From NCBI RefSeq assembly GCF_009914755.1, contig NC_060935.1: 64,000 bases of DNA, one strand, 5' to 3'. Within the stretch, counting starts at the first letter, position 1. Each line of letters starts with the position of its first letter. The position numbers were made by a program, and so were the translations under genes. The stretch is from the human T2T-CHM13v2.0 reference genome, Homo sapiens. Positions 14,443 through 28,061 of the stretch are shown here, piece by piece. The notes under the pieces are model-generated. The model did not search any database. It saw nothing but the letters and a program-made list of their open reading frames with translations, and had not been told where the DNA came from.

Positions 14443-16230
14443 TTTTTTTAAAGAATGTGTTGATTGATCAATTGATACATAATAATTATGCATGTTTGTG
14501 GGGTATATGTGATATTTTGATACATGCATAATTATCAAAGCAGGTGATGTAGGATATCCATCACCTTACATTTATTATTCTTTTGTGTTAGGAACATTTC
14601 AAATCTCTTCTAGCTATTGTGAAATATACATTATTGTTAACTATAGTCACCCTACTGTGCTATCCAATATTAGAACTTATTCCTTCTAATTGTATGTTTG
14701 TGCCAATTCACCAACCTTTCTTTACTCTGCCTCTCACCCTTCCCATATTCTGGTAACTATCATTCTATTTTCAACCTCCATGAGAAAAACTATTAGCTCC
14801 CACATAGGAGTAAGAACATGCAATATTTTTCTTTTTGTGGCTGTCTTATTTCATGTAACATAATGACTTCCAGTCCCCTCCATGTTGCTATAAATGACAT
14901 GATTTCATTCTTCCTTATGGTTGAATAGAATTTCATTTTGTATATATACCACATTTTCTTTATCTATTTGTTCACTGGTGGACACTTAGGTTAATTCTTT
15001 ACCTTGGCTATTGTGAATATTGCTGCAATAAACATTAGGTGCAGGTATTCCTTCAAATCTTAATTTTCTTTTCTTTAAATAAATACCCAAGAGTGGGATT
15101 GCTACATCATATGTTAGTGCAATTTATAGTTTTTAAAGAAATCTGCAAACTGTTTTCCCATAATGGCTGTACTAATTTACATTATCAACAAAAGTGTGTA
15201 AGAGCTTCCTGTTCTCCACATTCTCATCAGCATTTGTTATTTTTTGTCTTATTGATAATAGCCATTCTAATTGGGGAGAAATGTTATCTCATTTTGGTTT
15301 TGATTTTCATTTCCCCGATGATTAGCATATCAAATGTGGAGCATTTTCATTTCCCTGATGATAAGCTTAAATGTTGAGCATTTTTAAATATATCTTTTAG
15401 GCATTTGTATCTCTTCTTTTGAAAAATGTCTACTTAGATTATTTGCTCACTTTTCAGTGGGATTTTTTTTTTCTGTTGAGTTGTTTGAATTTCTTGCATA
15501 TTCTGGATATTTGTTTTTTGTTGAATGGATAGTTCACAAATATTTTACACCCTCCTACAGGTTGCGTCTTCACTCTACTGATTTTTTTTTTTTTTTTGCT
15601 ATGCTGAAATGTTTTAATATAGTCCCATTTGTCTATTTTTTGTTTCTATTGACTGTGCCTTTGAAGTCTAGCCATAAAATCTTTGTGTAGACCAATGTCT
15701 TAAGGTGTTTCCCCTGTTTTCTTTCTTTTCAAAATTTCAGGTCTTAACCTTATATATTTAATCCATCATGAATAGATTTTTGTATATGGTGAGAGATAGG
15801 AGTCTAGTTTCATTTTTCTGCATGTAAATATCCAGTTTTCCCAGCATAATTTTTCGAAGAGGGTGTCTTTTCCTCAATATAGGTTCTTGGCAATGTTATT
15901 GAAAATCAGTTGGATGTAAATGCATAGATGTATTTATGGGTTCTCTATTGTGTTCCAATGGTCTACATATGTATGTTTTCATATCAATACTGTGCTGTTT
16001 TTATTTCCATAACTTAGTAATATATTTTGAAGTTAGGTAATGTGATGCCTTTACCTTTGTTCTTTTTTCTTTGTATTTCTTTGGCTATTCAAGGTCTTTT
16101 GTGGTTTCATACAAATTTTAGGATGATTTTTTCTATTTCTGTGATGACTGTCATTCGTATTTTGATCAGAATTGTATTGAATTTGTAGACTGTTTTGGGT
16201 AGTATGGTCATTTTAACAACTTTAATTCTG
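14443..16230 (-). mobile_element. L1MA2-4-like, 5'-truncated, nested in the L1MB
   Basis: 3' UTR AATTGATACATAATAATT...GTTAACTATAGTCACCCTACTGTGCTAT...AGAACTTATTCCTTCTA. Confidence 0.85.
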
Positions 16231-17589
16231 TTTTTGTTTTTAGTCCAATATGACAATGTCAGAATTTTGATTGAATTATTTAATTCGTTTACATTTGATT
16301 TTGTTGTTGATATGGTTTGATTTGCCTCTGGATTTTATATTTTGTTTTTTATAAGTTAGATGCCTTTTTGTTCCTCTGATCCTGCACTATTGTCATCTTT
16401 TTTATTAATTGGATATTTTCTAGTGTAACATTTTAATTCCTTTAATGATTTTTAGATTATTTTTGAGTCATTTTCTTAACAATTTCTGTCAAACTTTCAG
16501 AATTGTTCTTAATTTATCATAATCAATTTAATATTTATATATATTCCCAATGATGTCTACAAATTCTACTTCTATATAGCTCCATTCTTTCTCCTTTGTT
16601 CTATTATACATATATTTGTTCTATCATTTTTATACATATTAGGTGTACACATGTTACAAATACAATCTTTTGTTTTAATTATTATTGTATACAATCTTAT
16701 GTATGCTTTAAAAGGCTGAGCAAATAAAAGAGATCAAGTAAAATTTATATAATTTATTACATTAGCCTTTTTTATTCTTTCTGATCCTCTTCATTTCCTC
16801 CTGTAGACTTATTCCAGTACAACTTTGTTCCCACCCACCTCCTTTATGCTGACATTATTGAACACAGTACCTTCCTGTATATCATAGTCCTAACAATATA
16901 GAGAAATGCAATATATTGTTTTTTAAATCAGTCAACCATAGAAAGAGAAATGAATGAGGATTTATATTGTCTTTAGTAATTATCTACGTAAGTATTTGCT
17001 GTAACTATTTGTTTTATTATGTGCATTTGAATTACTCTCTGGCATCAACTTACTTTCAGTTTGAAGAATGTTTTTCAAAATTTTTGTAAGACAGGTCTAG
17101 TACCAATAAGTTCTCTTAGTTTTAGTTTACCCAAGGGGGGTCTTTATCTTACCATAACTTTAAAGAGATAATTTTGCTAAACATAAAATTCTTGGTGGAC
17201 AGGTTTTTTACTTTCAGTATTTTGACTATGTCAACCCAGTGTCTTGTGGCCTTATTTATTTCTGGTGAGAAATTAGCTATTAATCTTTTGGAGTTCTCAT
17301 TGTACATAATGTGTCATTTTTTCTCTTACACCTTTTAAGACATTCTCTGTACCTTTGGTTTTTATCGTTTGACTATAATGTGTGTATGTGGATGTGAATT
17401 TCTTTCCAGTTATCCTGATTGAAGTTATTTGAGATTTTTGAATGCACAAGTTAATTTTTTTAAATCAAATCTAGGTAGTTTTATCTGTTGTTTTTTCAAA
17501 TATGTTTTCTGTCACTTTTTGTCTTTTACTGCTGAAACTCCTATTATGTGTATGTTGATGTACATTTAACCCACATTTCAATAGGGCTC

Positions 17590-19430
17590 CTTTATTTTTT
17601 TAAATATAGATTTTATATGTTAGAGAAGTTCAAGGTTCCTGACAAAATTGAAGAGAAAGTGCAGATGATTTCATATACCCCTTTCCCCTGCCACACACAT
17701 AGCCTTTCTCATCATCAGCATCATGCACCAAAGTGGTACATTTGTTATAATTCATAAACCTACATCAACATATTATTATCACCCAAATTTCATAGTTTAC
17801 ATTAGGGTTCCTTCCTATTTTACATTTTATGGGATTTGACAAGAATATATAGCATGTAGCTACAATTATAGTATCATACCGAATAATATCACTGCACTAA
17901 AAATTATCTGGCTCCACTCAATTCATCCCTTTCTCTCAAGTAGTGCCTGACAACAACTGATATTTTTACTATCTCCATGGTTTTGCCGTTTTTACTATCT
18001 CCAGTTGGAGACATACAGTATGTAGTCTTTTCAGATTAGCTTCTTTCACTTAGTAATATGAAGTTAACATTTCTCCAGTTTTTTCATGGTCTGACAGCTC
18101 ATTTACTTTTAGCACCAGATACTAGTCCACAGTCTGGATGTACCAAAGTTTACCCATTCACCTACTCAAGGCCACCTTGGTTGCTTCCAAGTTTTGACAA
18201 TTATGAATAAAACTGCTGTGGACATCCCAGTGCAAATTTCTGTGTTTTCAACTCATTTGTGCAGATGCCAGGGATAATGATTGCTGGGTCTTATGGTAAG
18301 GGCATGTTTGGTTTTGTTCCTGTACCATTTTGCATTCCCAGTAGCAATGAATGAGAATTCCCATTGCTCCACATTCTCACCAGCATTCGTTGTTGTCAGT
18401 GTTTTGGATTTGAGGCTTTCTACCATTCGCAGAATGGCAGAAGAATCATTATCTATAATGATATCTTATTGTTTTAATTTGAAATTTTTAAAATGACATA
18501 GTATGTTAAACATCGTTTTAGATACTTATTTTCCATAAATATGTCTTCTTTGGTAAAGTGTTTGTTGAGGTCTTTTGCCCATTTTTCAATTGAGTTGTTT
18601 ATTTCCTTATTGTAGAGTTTTAAGAGTTTATTGTATATTTTAGATAACAAATATTTTAGATAACAATTATTTCTATGAGATATGTCTTTTGCAAATGTTT
18701 TCTCCCAGTCTGTGGCTTGCCTTCTTATTCACTTAGCAGTGTCCTTTATAGAGAAGAACTGTAGATTTTAACAAAATCCAATTTATTAATTATTTCTTTC
18801 ATGGATTGTGTCTAAAAATCATTGCTATGCCCTAGGTCATCTTGATTTTCGCCTATGCTCTTTTCTAAGAGTTACATAGTTTTGCATTTAACCCTTATAT
18901 CTGTAATCCATTATGAGTTATTTTTTGTGCGGGTTATAAGGTCTGTGTCTACATTTATTTATTTATTTATTTGGCATGTGGATGTCCAGTTGTTCCGAAT
19001 CAGTTGTTGAGAAGACTATTATTTTTCTATTAATTGCTTTTGTTTCTTTGTCAAAGATCAGTTGACTATTATTTGTATGGGTATACTTTTGAATTCTCTA
19101 TTCTGTTCCAATGATCTATTATCTATTTTTTTTTTTACCAGTATCACACTTTCTTGATTACTATAGCTTTATAGTAAGTCTTGAAGTCAAGTAGTAATGG
19201 TCTTCCAAATTTGTCCTTTTTGTTACCATTGTGTTGACTTTTCTGTGATTTTTGCCTCTCCATATAAACTATAAAAGCACTTTGTCAATATACCAAAATA
19301 ACACTGGAGTTTTTATTTGAATTGTGTTAAAACTATGGATCAATTTGGGAAAAACTAGTATCTTAACATTGTGAGTCTTCCTGTCAATGATCATAAAAAT
19401 CTCTCCCCAACTATTTAATTAATTGATTTT
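17590..19430 (-). mobile_element. L1MC1-like, 5'-truncated, nested in the L1MB
   Basis: 3' UTR AGTGGTACATTTGTTATAAT...TTATCACCCAAATTTCATAGTTTACATTAGGGTTC. Possible decayed TSD GGCTC..TT.ATTTTT on both sides. Confidence 0.8.
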
Positions 19431-19700
19431 TTTCAAGGCTCTGTTAATTTTTTTTGTTATTTTTATTTCTGTTATTAAATTGTATAATATCTACTGCTCT
19501 ATCTTCGAGTTTACTGATGATTTTTTCTGTCAGCTCAAATCTATTCACCTCTCTAGTGAGTTGTTTCATTTTGAATGTAGCCCTTTCAACTGCAGAATTT
19601 CCATTTGGTTCTTTTCAATAATTTCTTCTTTACTGATATTTTATATTTGATGATTAATTTTTGCATATTTCTTTAATTCTATATGTACAGAATCTTTTAG

Positions 19701-19997
19701 TTCTTCTTTTTCTTTGAGACAGGATGTTGCTCTGTTACTCAGGCTGGAGTGCAATGGCACAATCATAGTTCACTGCAGCCTTGAACTCCTGGGCTCAAGT
19801 AATCCTCCCACCTCAGATTCCTGAGCAGCTAGGACTACAGGCATGTGCCACCACACCCAGCTCACTTTTGCATGTTGTATAGAGGCAGGATCTCATTATG
19901 TTGCCATGGCTGGTCTCAAATTCCTGGCCTCAAGCAATTCTCCTGCCTCAGTCTCCCAGAGTGCTGGGATTACAGGCATGAGCCACTGTGCTCGACT
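19701..19997 (-). mobile_element. AluJ (Jo/Jr)
   Basis: ATCATAGTTCACTGCAGCCTTGAACTCCTGGGCTCAAG. Approximate TSD TTTAGTTCTT on both sides. Confidence 0.92.
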
Positions 19998-21739
19998 GAT
20001 TTCTTTAGTTCTTTGAACATATTTATAATATCCAATTTAAAGTCTTTATCTCCCAATGTTTATCATTTGTGTTCCTTCAAAGGTATTTTCTTTGCCTACT
20101 AGTTTTCCCTCTGTATGCATTATACTTTTCTGTTACTTTGCACGTCCCAGTTTTTGGTGAAAACTGGATATTTTAAATAATATATCATGGCAAATATGTA
20201 TACTGATTCTCACACCTCTCCTTCGGGTATATTATTATTGTTTTTGTTTGGCCATTTTTTAGTTTGTTTAGTGATTTGGTTAGTTATTTCTTTTAATTCT
20301 GTTTCCCCTCCTCCCGTAATGGGCACTCTCTGGTTCCTGTAGTCAGATTTCCCTCCTTTGTTTTATCTTACTCTGGATACCAAGGGGTTGCCTCTGGTTC
20401 AGTTATTGTTCAAAGGTTGTGTTTAAGCTTCCTTAGCATATTATATTTCTACCGTTTCTCATTGAATATGTGGGAGACTTAGAGGTTGTTTCACAGTTCA
20501 GGGTGTTTACACTTTTTGCCACATGATCAACCAGCAACTCATAGTTTTAAATTCTTTCTCTACTCACTTCTGAAGTGGCACAACATAACACAGTCACGTA
20601 ATTCCCCACTGCCAAGAGTAAGTGTCATTTTATGTTTATGCCTGGCTTCCTAGGAATCTCCTCTGAGTCAGAGTAGCTTACTGTCCAGTGAGTGTTTGGT
20701 CAGGAGCTGTGTTTAGACTTCTTATGCTAGTTAAGCATCCACTCCATGTAAGTCTGCCCCATCTCCTCTGATTGCTTCTGAGTGAATTCAGCCTTCCTGA
20801 ATCTCAGAGTTGACTAAAATTCCAAGGGCTCTTCTTGATTATCTTTTTCCACGGTCCTCCTTAATAAACTCCTGGATGCTTTGCCATTTTGTTTAAGTGA
20901 TACCAGCCTCTTCTTAAATGCCCTCCACAAGTTCTCCATTGTTACTACAATGCTCTTTGGCTTGGAGTCCTCCATACTCTGTTCCAAATACTGTCGGTCC
21001 TGAGCTGACTTCTTCATCCTTCTGGGCTGCCTTCCTGGTGGGCAGACCCTCAGCAACACTGCATCAGAGCTGGGGTGAGTATTTGTTTTCCCCAGAGTGA
21101 CACCTATACTCTGTGAGTGGGCATTGGATGGGGATGGCAAGAATGCCTGTCCTTTCATCTTGATCCTCCTGGCATGGAATTCCCCCTACGAATTAGCTGG
21201 GTTTAGGGTGATTCAAACCCCCGTATTCCTGGCCTGCAGCACATGTCTTAAAGCTTCGTCTCTGAGTAGGATCTGTGTGGGAGAAAGGAAATTGGCCCTC
21301 TCTAAATGTCCGCTCAGAATAGAGCTTCATCGACATGGGGCTGGAGGGGGGCAAACACTGGGAGCCTGTTCCTTCTGAGGTGAAACCATATCTTCAGACT
21401 GGGAGCTGGGGAAAGAGGGAGCCTCCATCTTCTTGGCCACACTTCTATGAAGTAGGAACTCAGGATAGAGCTTCCACAACACAGAGCTGAGTAGGGAGTG
21501 GGGAAATATGTCGTGCCTCAATAACACTATCACTGTCTTACTGAGATTTAGTAGATTTTCTTAAGTGAAAGTTCTTTATTTCCTGCATGCCGATCTTAAG
21601 ACAGTTCCAGAAATATTTGGAATGATTGTTTTTGTTTTGCTTTTTAATAATTTTCAGTTTGGGTGTTTTTTTTTGGTTTGTTTGCTGGGGAGATGGTTTG
21701 CTGAATTTCTTATTCTGCTATTCTGGAAGTCCTGCCTCT

Positions 21740-22450
21740 TTGCTAATAGTTTTTAACTTAAATGTAATCAAATATTTTATCTGCATCTACTAAGATAATC
21801 ATAATTTGGTTTATTTTAAAATGTATTATTGGAACTGGCTAGCTATAGTGCATAGGCTAAATCTGGCCTGGTGCTTGTTTTTTAAAATAATATTTATAGT
21901 CATTACTCCTCCCATCCAAAACAAAGAAAGAAGCAAAAATCTCTACGTTCTTGATTTCTAACATTAGTTTTCTTTATTTTTAATTTTTAAATATTTTAAT
22001 GTTTCAGTGCTCTATTTAAATTTCTATGTGTTCATCTACCTATTCAACTATTTTTCTATTTTAAAAATAAATTACATAGAGTTACTTGAAAGTCTTTTCT
22101 GCTAACCTTAAAATGAGGCTAACTTGTGTTCTATTTTATCTTTTTTTCTCTCATTTATCAATTATTTGGTTCTGTTGATCCATATGCCTGGTAATTTCAT
22201 TTTAAGTGTTGAATATTGTGTTTTAAAAATGTAGAGGTTCCAAAAGATATTATTTTTATGAAAAATACTTCACCGTTTTGTCTGCTAGGCATATAGAGAA
22301 GGAAGATGAGCATCTTAATCTAATGAGGGAATAATCTTGGAAAATGCTGGCTTGCAGCGTTAGTACTACTCAATCTTCGTCTGGTTTGGCTCTGTTTCTA
22401 AGTAAGCTCTCCAGAGCTTTCGATTGCAGAGTTTAGAGAGCTTCGTGTTT
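21740..22450 (-). mobile_element. Old L1 (L1ME-like) fragments with a short MER58A-like piece (~21830-21915)
   Basis: TTTGCTAATAGTTTTT...TCTGCATCTACTAAGATAATCATA is antisense ORF2. GGCTAAATCTGGCCTGGTGCTTGTTTTT resembles MER58A. Confidence 0.5.
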
Positions 22451-22572
22451 CCCATTTCTAGATCGAGGAATATTCCTACCATCAAAGACAATAAATCATT
22501 TATAAAGAATGACTTCTTGCCTATGTCTTTGTCCTAGTGTTATGGGATTAGGTCCAAATCTTAGAATCTGAA

Positions 22573-22616
22573 ATATTCCTTTTCCCCAAAGATCATATTC
22601 CTTTTCCCCAAAGATC
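22573..22616. repeat. Perfect 22-bp tandem duplication
   Basis: ATATTCCTTTTCCCCAAAGATC x2, no mismatches. Confidence 0.95.
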
Positions 22617-23385
22617 TTCATCTTATTACTTTTCCTGAAAGCTAAAGTGACCATTCTAATTTTATTTGCACTAGTGATACTTATTTCTTTATAGGCAAAA
22701 GGATTATTGTCATAGAAATAATGCTTATAAGCATTAATAAACCTGGGCCTCAGCTTTTTGCAGCTTTATTAACCTGGTAACAAGTACTGCCATCTTGTCA
22801 CTGCAGTGCAGTCACTGATGATCTGGTATCCAACAGGCAGCCAAGAAAAATTATTCCAAGGGTGATCCTCTGATCCTGAGATCACATGTATATTTATAAT
22901 TCCTGACTCCACCAACACGAATATTTTGTTAAGTTAGCTTTAAGGTTCCAGAAAAATGAAAGACTTAAAGTATACCTTAAAACGTGCCTTAATTATAATG
23001 GTCACATGGAGCATATAAAACCTTCATCAATTGCTCCTATAATTGCTAACAGTCAAAGAGGCAATGAGACAGTTGGTTATTGCCTAGACTGCAGCCAACA
23101 CAGCAACTCTAGGATTGACTGTTGCCGTCGTTACCTTGACTGGTATAATTCTCCCACATGGGGGGTGAGAATAAAGTATCCAAAGAATAGCTGGATCTAG
23201 GGGAAAAAAAAAATCATGTCTGGTTTTTACTTTTTCTGGGAAGTTTTCTAATATCTTAGAGCTGAGTGGGTATGCCATTTTTGGGTTTATAATGACAGGC
23301 TGGCAAAATTGTATGTCTGTGTACTTTTTGTGTTTGTGTATGAGAGTGTTTTAAGCTTTTGAAACAGGTTTTACAAAGTATTATC

Positions 23386-23398
23386 ATATATATATATA

Positions 23399-23457
<59 letters not shown>
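23386..23457. repeat. Compound microsatellite (TA)n(TG)n(TATG)n
   Basis: Directly visible, with ~16 uninterrupted TG units. Confidence 0.97.
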
Positions 23458-24254
23458 CAAGGCCAGGGAAAATTCTTAGTCTGCAGCCATTCAGGTTCAT
23501 AGGAAATTGATTGTGATTATTGTTCCCTAAAACAAAATTAGTTTGCGAGAAAACACAACGTGGTAACAGAAGCTCAATGCTCTTAATAAATTTTCCAAGT
23601 TTTATTGACAGCCTCCTCACCAAATGCATTTTTTGAGCGTGGGTGTGCACACACACATATACACATATATGCTGCACACACAAGCACACTTCCCTCATCT
23701 CTGATACTTTCCATCTGTCTGCGAGAATGAATCCTTCCAATCATTTTTAAAACCATTCTGTTTTGTGAAGCTTTGAGCTTGTACCCAGTGAAAGCTTGGC
23801 AGGAAGCATACGTTTCTTGCTCAAGTTCCTGAACACGACAGCTGTGCTTCTCTCACACAACTTGGGAAAATGTTCCCAGCCTTAATCAACTGGCACAAGG
23901 CAGCAGAGGGGCTAAATGCAGCCTGTGTCACAGAGCACCCATAAATGTGTCAGTTCTTCTCTTCTTCTAGATATCTATCCTGCATCTTTTTATATGAAAA
24001 AATTAGCCCCTCTTTTTTCAGCCTGTGGCACTTCTGTATCTGAGGTTATGCCTATTTTTACAACACACACTGCAGCGTCTTGTCTTCTTGGCTATGTAGC
24101 AACTCATAGTAAGTTAAGGAGAATTAGTGCCCACTTTCCTCCCATGTCATCCGTATTAACCCTAAGAGGTAAAAGCAAAATCTTGCTTTCATTCTAGGGT
24201 ACATCACAAATTCTCTGCAGTGTTGGCACAAGATGTACCCTTTGAATCACATTA

Positions 24255-24440
24255 ACAATAATAAAAGTAATTGTGTTTAAACTTTAATGATTATTTGCAA
24301 AATATAAGGCATTATACGAAGCCTTCTACACCCCTCATCATCACATCAGTCGTTGTATATATTATTCTCACCATGAATTTATTAAATGGGTATTATTATA
24401 TCTACAGGTGAGAAAAAAACTGAGGCTGCCTTGGTCACAC
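24255..24440 (-). mobile_element. Degenerate MIR
   Basis: GGGTATTATTATATCTACAGGTGAGAAAAAAACTGAGGCT...GGTCACAC. Confidence 0.55.
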
Positions 24441-27400
24441 GTTTAAATATTTGCTTTACAATGATATTCTATTTTCAGCTCTAGGGTGAGAGCTTGATCA
24501 ACTCTATATGGATAGAATTTCCTGACAAACTAGTGCTATAACTTGGCCATCTACCTGGGGAAGCTTATAGTGATAAAACCTGACCTTTTTAAAAACTATC
24601 TGCCTCTTAGATGGAACAGGACTTGACAACAGATACCTCTATTTGACTGCTGTTACTGGAGACTACCTCTAGTCTTTGAAAGTCAGTCAACACTGCTTGA
24701 GTCTTTGTTTTTTTGTATATAACATGGTGATTAAAATATTTGCCTTACATTGTTTCTCTAAAGCATAAATTATGTAATGCTTGTAGAAGTGGTATATTCT
24801 TTTTTTATTTTTGCGTATACAGCTTATATATATGCATATTCAAATGTAAATATATATTTTGAGGAGAGACTGACTATATATCTGAAGCTTTACGCTGTAT
24901 TCACATATAGGAGATAGGTCCAAGAGAATTTGAAAACTACACTGTACATGCTAATAATTTCAGCTTATGACATTAGCCCTCCAGGGGAGGAAAATCCAGG
25001 TGGCCTGGAATATTTATGATTTACTACAGTGTTTAACATACATTGTGATAGGGGTCATCATCAGTATCTTTATTTTTATTGTCATCATTCACATCATCAT
25101 CAAAGAATTGATGATAAATTGACATTGACCTGTCAATGTCAGAGGCTTCTTGAGAAACTGCTGAAAATAAATAAATAAACAAATAAATAAATAGAAAAGA
25201 AAGCCACTGTAGACAGCAAAAAGTCATGTGGTAACATTTGTTGTTCTTTTGCTATTTAAGCCCATTTTTTCTATTCAAAGGCAGTTTAGTTGTTACTTGG
25301 CTCCTTATCCTACATAGCTCTTGTTGCTCTTACTGTAAACTCTTGGCTTTGACTATTAAGGGTCCTTTAGTTCATCATTTTTTTCTTACTTTTATCTGAT
25401 CATGGTACTTTAGATAATCATTTAGGATCTAATACAGGATTTGTAATTATAAGACAGGTGTCTGGAATCAAAGATACTCTCATTAATATTTCTTCAAAAA
25501 TATTACTGAAGACTCATGCATTTGTTTACCAAATAAACAAAACCAATCTCATACTTTATCAGTTTGTAGTTAGAATATTTTTCCTTCATGTTCTCCCATT
25601 CAATATTTGCAATCACTGTAATTTCAATATGTGTGTAGTCCATTGATTGTGGTCGTTGTGTAGAGGCCCCAAACCACAGCATCAGTGAAATGAGAAGCTG
25701 AAAATCCTGGCCTATATCAGTATTTCTGGGTACATGGTCTCAAGATGCTAAGATCCAAGAAGGTGATGATAGGTTGAAAAATCTGAGGAAAAACATCTCT
25801 GAGTTCAAAATGCAGCTTTTTATCTTTCTTATGTTCTCCCTACCTTATTGTATGATGTGGCTATTGTGATAGTGAAAGGAGATTAAAACTAAAAGGAAGT
25901 GGTTAAACATTATGGTGGAAGTAGTTATTATTACAAGTCATGTTCTGAATGCTCATTTTGAAGTTTAGTTGAAAAAAAATCCATTGACTTAAATTCCATG
26001 AAGTCCAGGGAGGCAACATGAAAGTAAAAAAAAAAAAGATTAAGCTTAAGCCAGACTGATCTTTATGATCTTGTCCTTGTTGAAGTTAATCTGAGTCCCA
26101 CAAGAGGTAAAGGTAGCCCTGGAGTGGATGACAGCTTACATAAAGAGGGCCCTGAGATGTCAGATGGGCTCTGCCTTCTCAGTCATGGTGGCCTGCATTC
26201 TGATGTTGGCTTCCAGTTTAGAAGACAGAACTATCCCTCAATTTTGCCCCACTGCCCCTTTTCTTGTCCAGTCTGGGCTGATGATGTGGAGACATTACTG
26301 CCAGGGAATCGAGTGGTAATCACACATAGTGAAATAAATGAATGAAATAAATTTCCACATCTTTTGGGTTTAAGTTCTTCCCCCCTTGACCTTTGAGATC
26401 TACCAAATGAGACAAAGATTGTGGCTACTTGACATTCACTACATATTTATTGGTACCTCTTATGGATCAGACATTTTTCTAGGGAACCGAGAGCATTAAG
26501 ATGATAAGTGGAGGTAATGGATTACCATATATAATGTACACAGACTGCTGATTTTAAGGACAAATGATGGTAGTTAAGAAAAAAATATTTTTCCTCTGGG
26601 GATAAGCTAGGAGGTTGCTATGCATGCGGAAAAATTCAGGTACATTAGACCAATAGGCAATTATTCCAAAGAAATAATATAATTTCACCATGAATATGAA
26701 ATGAATTGTGGTAAAATTGCATACTTTCACTTATTAAGCTATGGACATTCATGGTGGAAGATAAATTTGTATTTTAATAAGATTAATCCTTAAAAATAAT
26801 GATGCAATATGAAGTAGAAATGTTAACTTGGCAAATGTTCTTAGAATCATTAAAACATGTTAAAATTTTAAATTTCTTCAGTTTGGGTTTAGCAAGGGCA
26901 GGCTGTGCATACTTAATCATTTAAAATTTCCTTCTAACACACTATACTTCTAATCAGTAATTTAATCAAACATGTAGAATATAAGAAATTGGTGTAGAGA
27001 AGGGGTGAGGTTACCATACTATTCAGTAAAATGTTTAGGGGAGCATTAGCTGTAACTTAAATCTTGAATATAATTCTAACTTTAAAATTTTTATTTGGCA
27101 GAAACGTTAAACTGAATTGGCGCCTCCATTTGAGAAGACTACTTTGTCAATATTAAATTTCAGGATATCTTCCTTGTATCATCTAATTTTGGGGGAGGGG
27201 AAAGAGAGACAACATTTTTATGTTTTTCCTATATCCTAGAAGTTCATCAGTATAAGTTTTTGCCAAAAATTGACTTTAACTCCCAGTCATTCAGCATTCA
27301 GCCAAATTATATTTTCCAATTGCCTCGAATTGTCAAGGCTTTTTTGAATGTGAAATTGTTTAGAAAGCTTAAAGACAATAGAGACCCTAGGGGTCACTAT

Positions 27401-27449
27401 ATTTAAAAATCTAGCCAGGGCAATAATTCTCTCAACTGAATGTCAGGCA

Positions 27450-27725
27450 ATAGAATTAGCACATCTCATGATGGCTTCTTTAGGTCACGTGACATGAGGT
27501 TCCATTTTGAATAGTTCTATTTGTGCGATGACTTCCATATATGTAGGGCTGAGTTCTGTCTTCCCATAATCTTCACCCCTTGGTCCTTGTTCTGCCTTTG
27601 GATCTCACAGACTATTTCTATGCTTTCCCACTATTGAAAATGTCTGAGACAATCTAGAGTACTTGTTTATGATACTATAACATCCAAGTTCTTGAAAAGA
27701 TTTGATAGGCAACTAGTTCAAGGTC
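27450..27725 (-). mobile_element. L3/CR1-like fragment
   Basis: TTCCATTTTGAATAGTTCTATTTG...TTCACCCCTTGGTCCTTGTTCTGCC resembles antisense L3. Confidence 0.45.
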
Positions 27726-27749
27726 CAGTGTATAGTAGATTTTAAAGTA

Positions 27750-28061
27750 CCAGACAACTAGGGACACTCCCTGTGCCCCAGAGCCTGCTGAATTTATTCA
27801 AATTGGCCAATCCTGAGCCTGTTCACCCTGCCTCATGGTTTCTTTCTGTGGAAGCCACAAGGAAGCCTCCTAGCCATCATTTTCCCCTCTCCCTCTGCCT
27901 TATTATCAACCCCAGTGCTTCCCGTGAGGCTACCAGTAGCATCGTCTACTCCCTTCTCTTGGGATCTGGGACAATAACAAATTTTTTTTTTTCAATGGCA
28001 ATCATCTTCATCTGTTGACCTGGGCAAACATGTATAATAATAAAACCTATATTTGAAAACA
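27750..28061 (+). mobile_element. MER74-type ERVL LTR, 3' part
   Basis: TTCAAATTGGCCAATCCTGAGCCTG...CTCTTGGGATCTG...TTCAATGGCAATCATCT...AATAATAAAACCTATATTTGAAAACA end. Confidence 0.75.

Noticed and set aside
18635-18666. 16-bp tandem duplication ATATTTTAGATAACAA x2 (and similar small duplications near 15305, 17963 and 34405)
   Set aside because: Ordinary slippage duplications within decayed L1 sequence.
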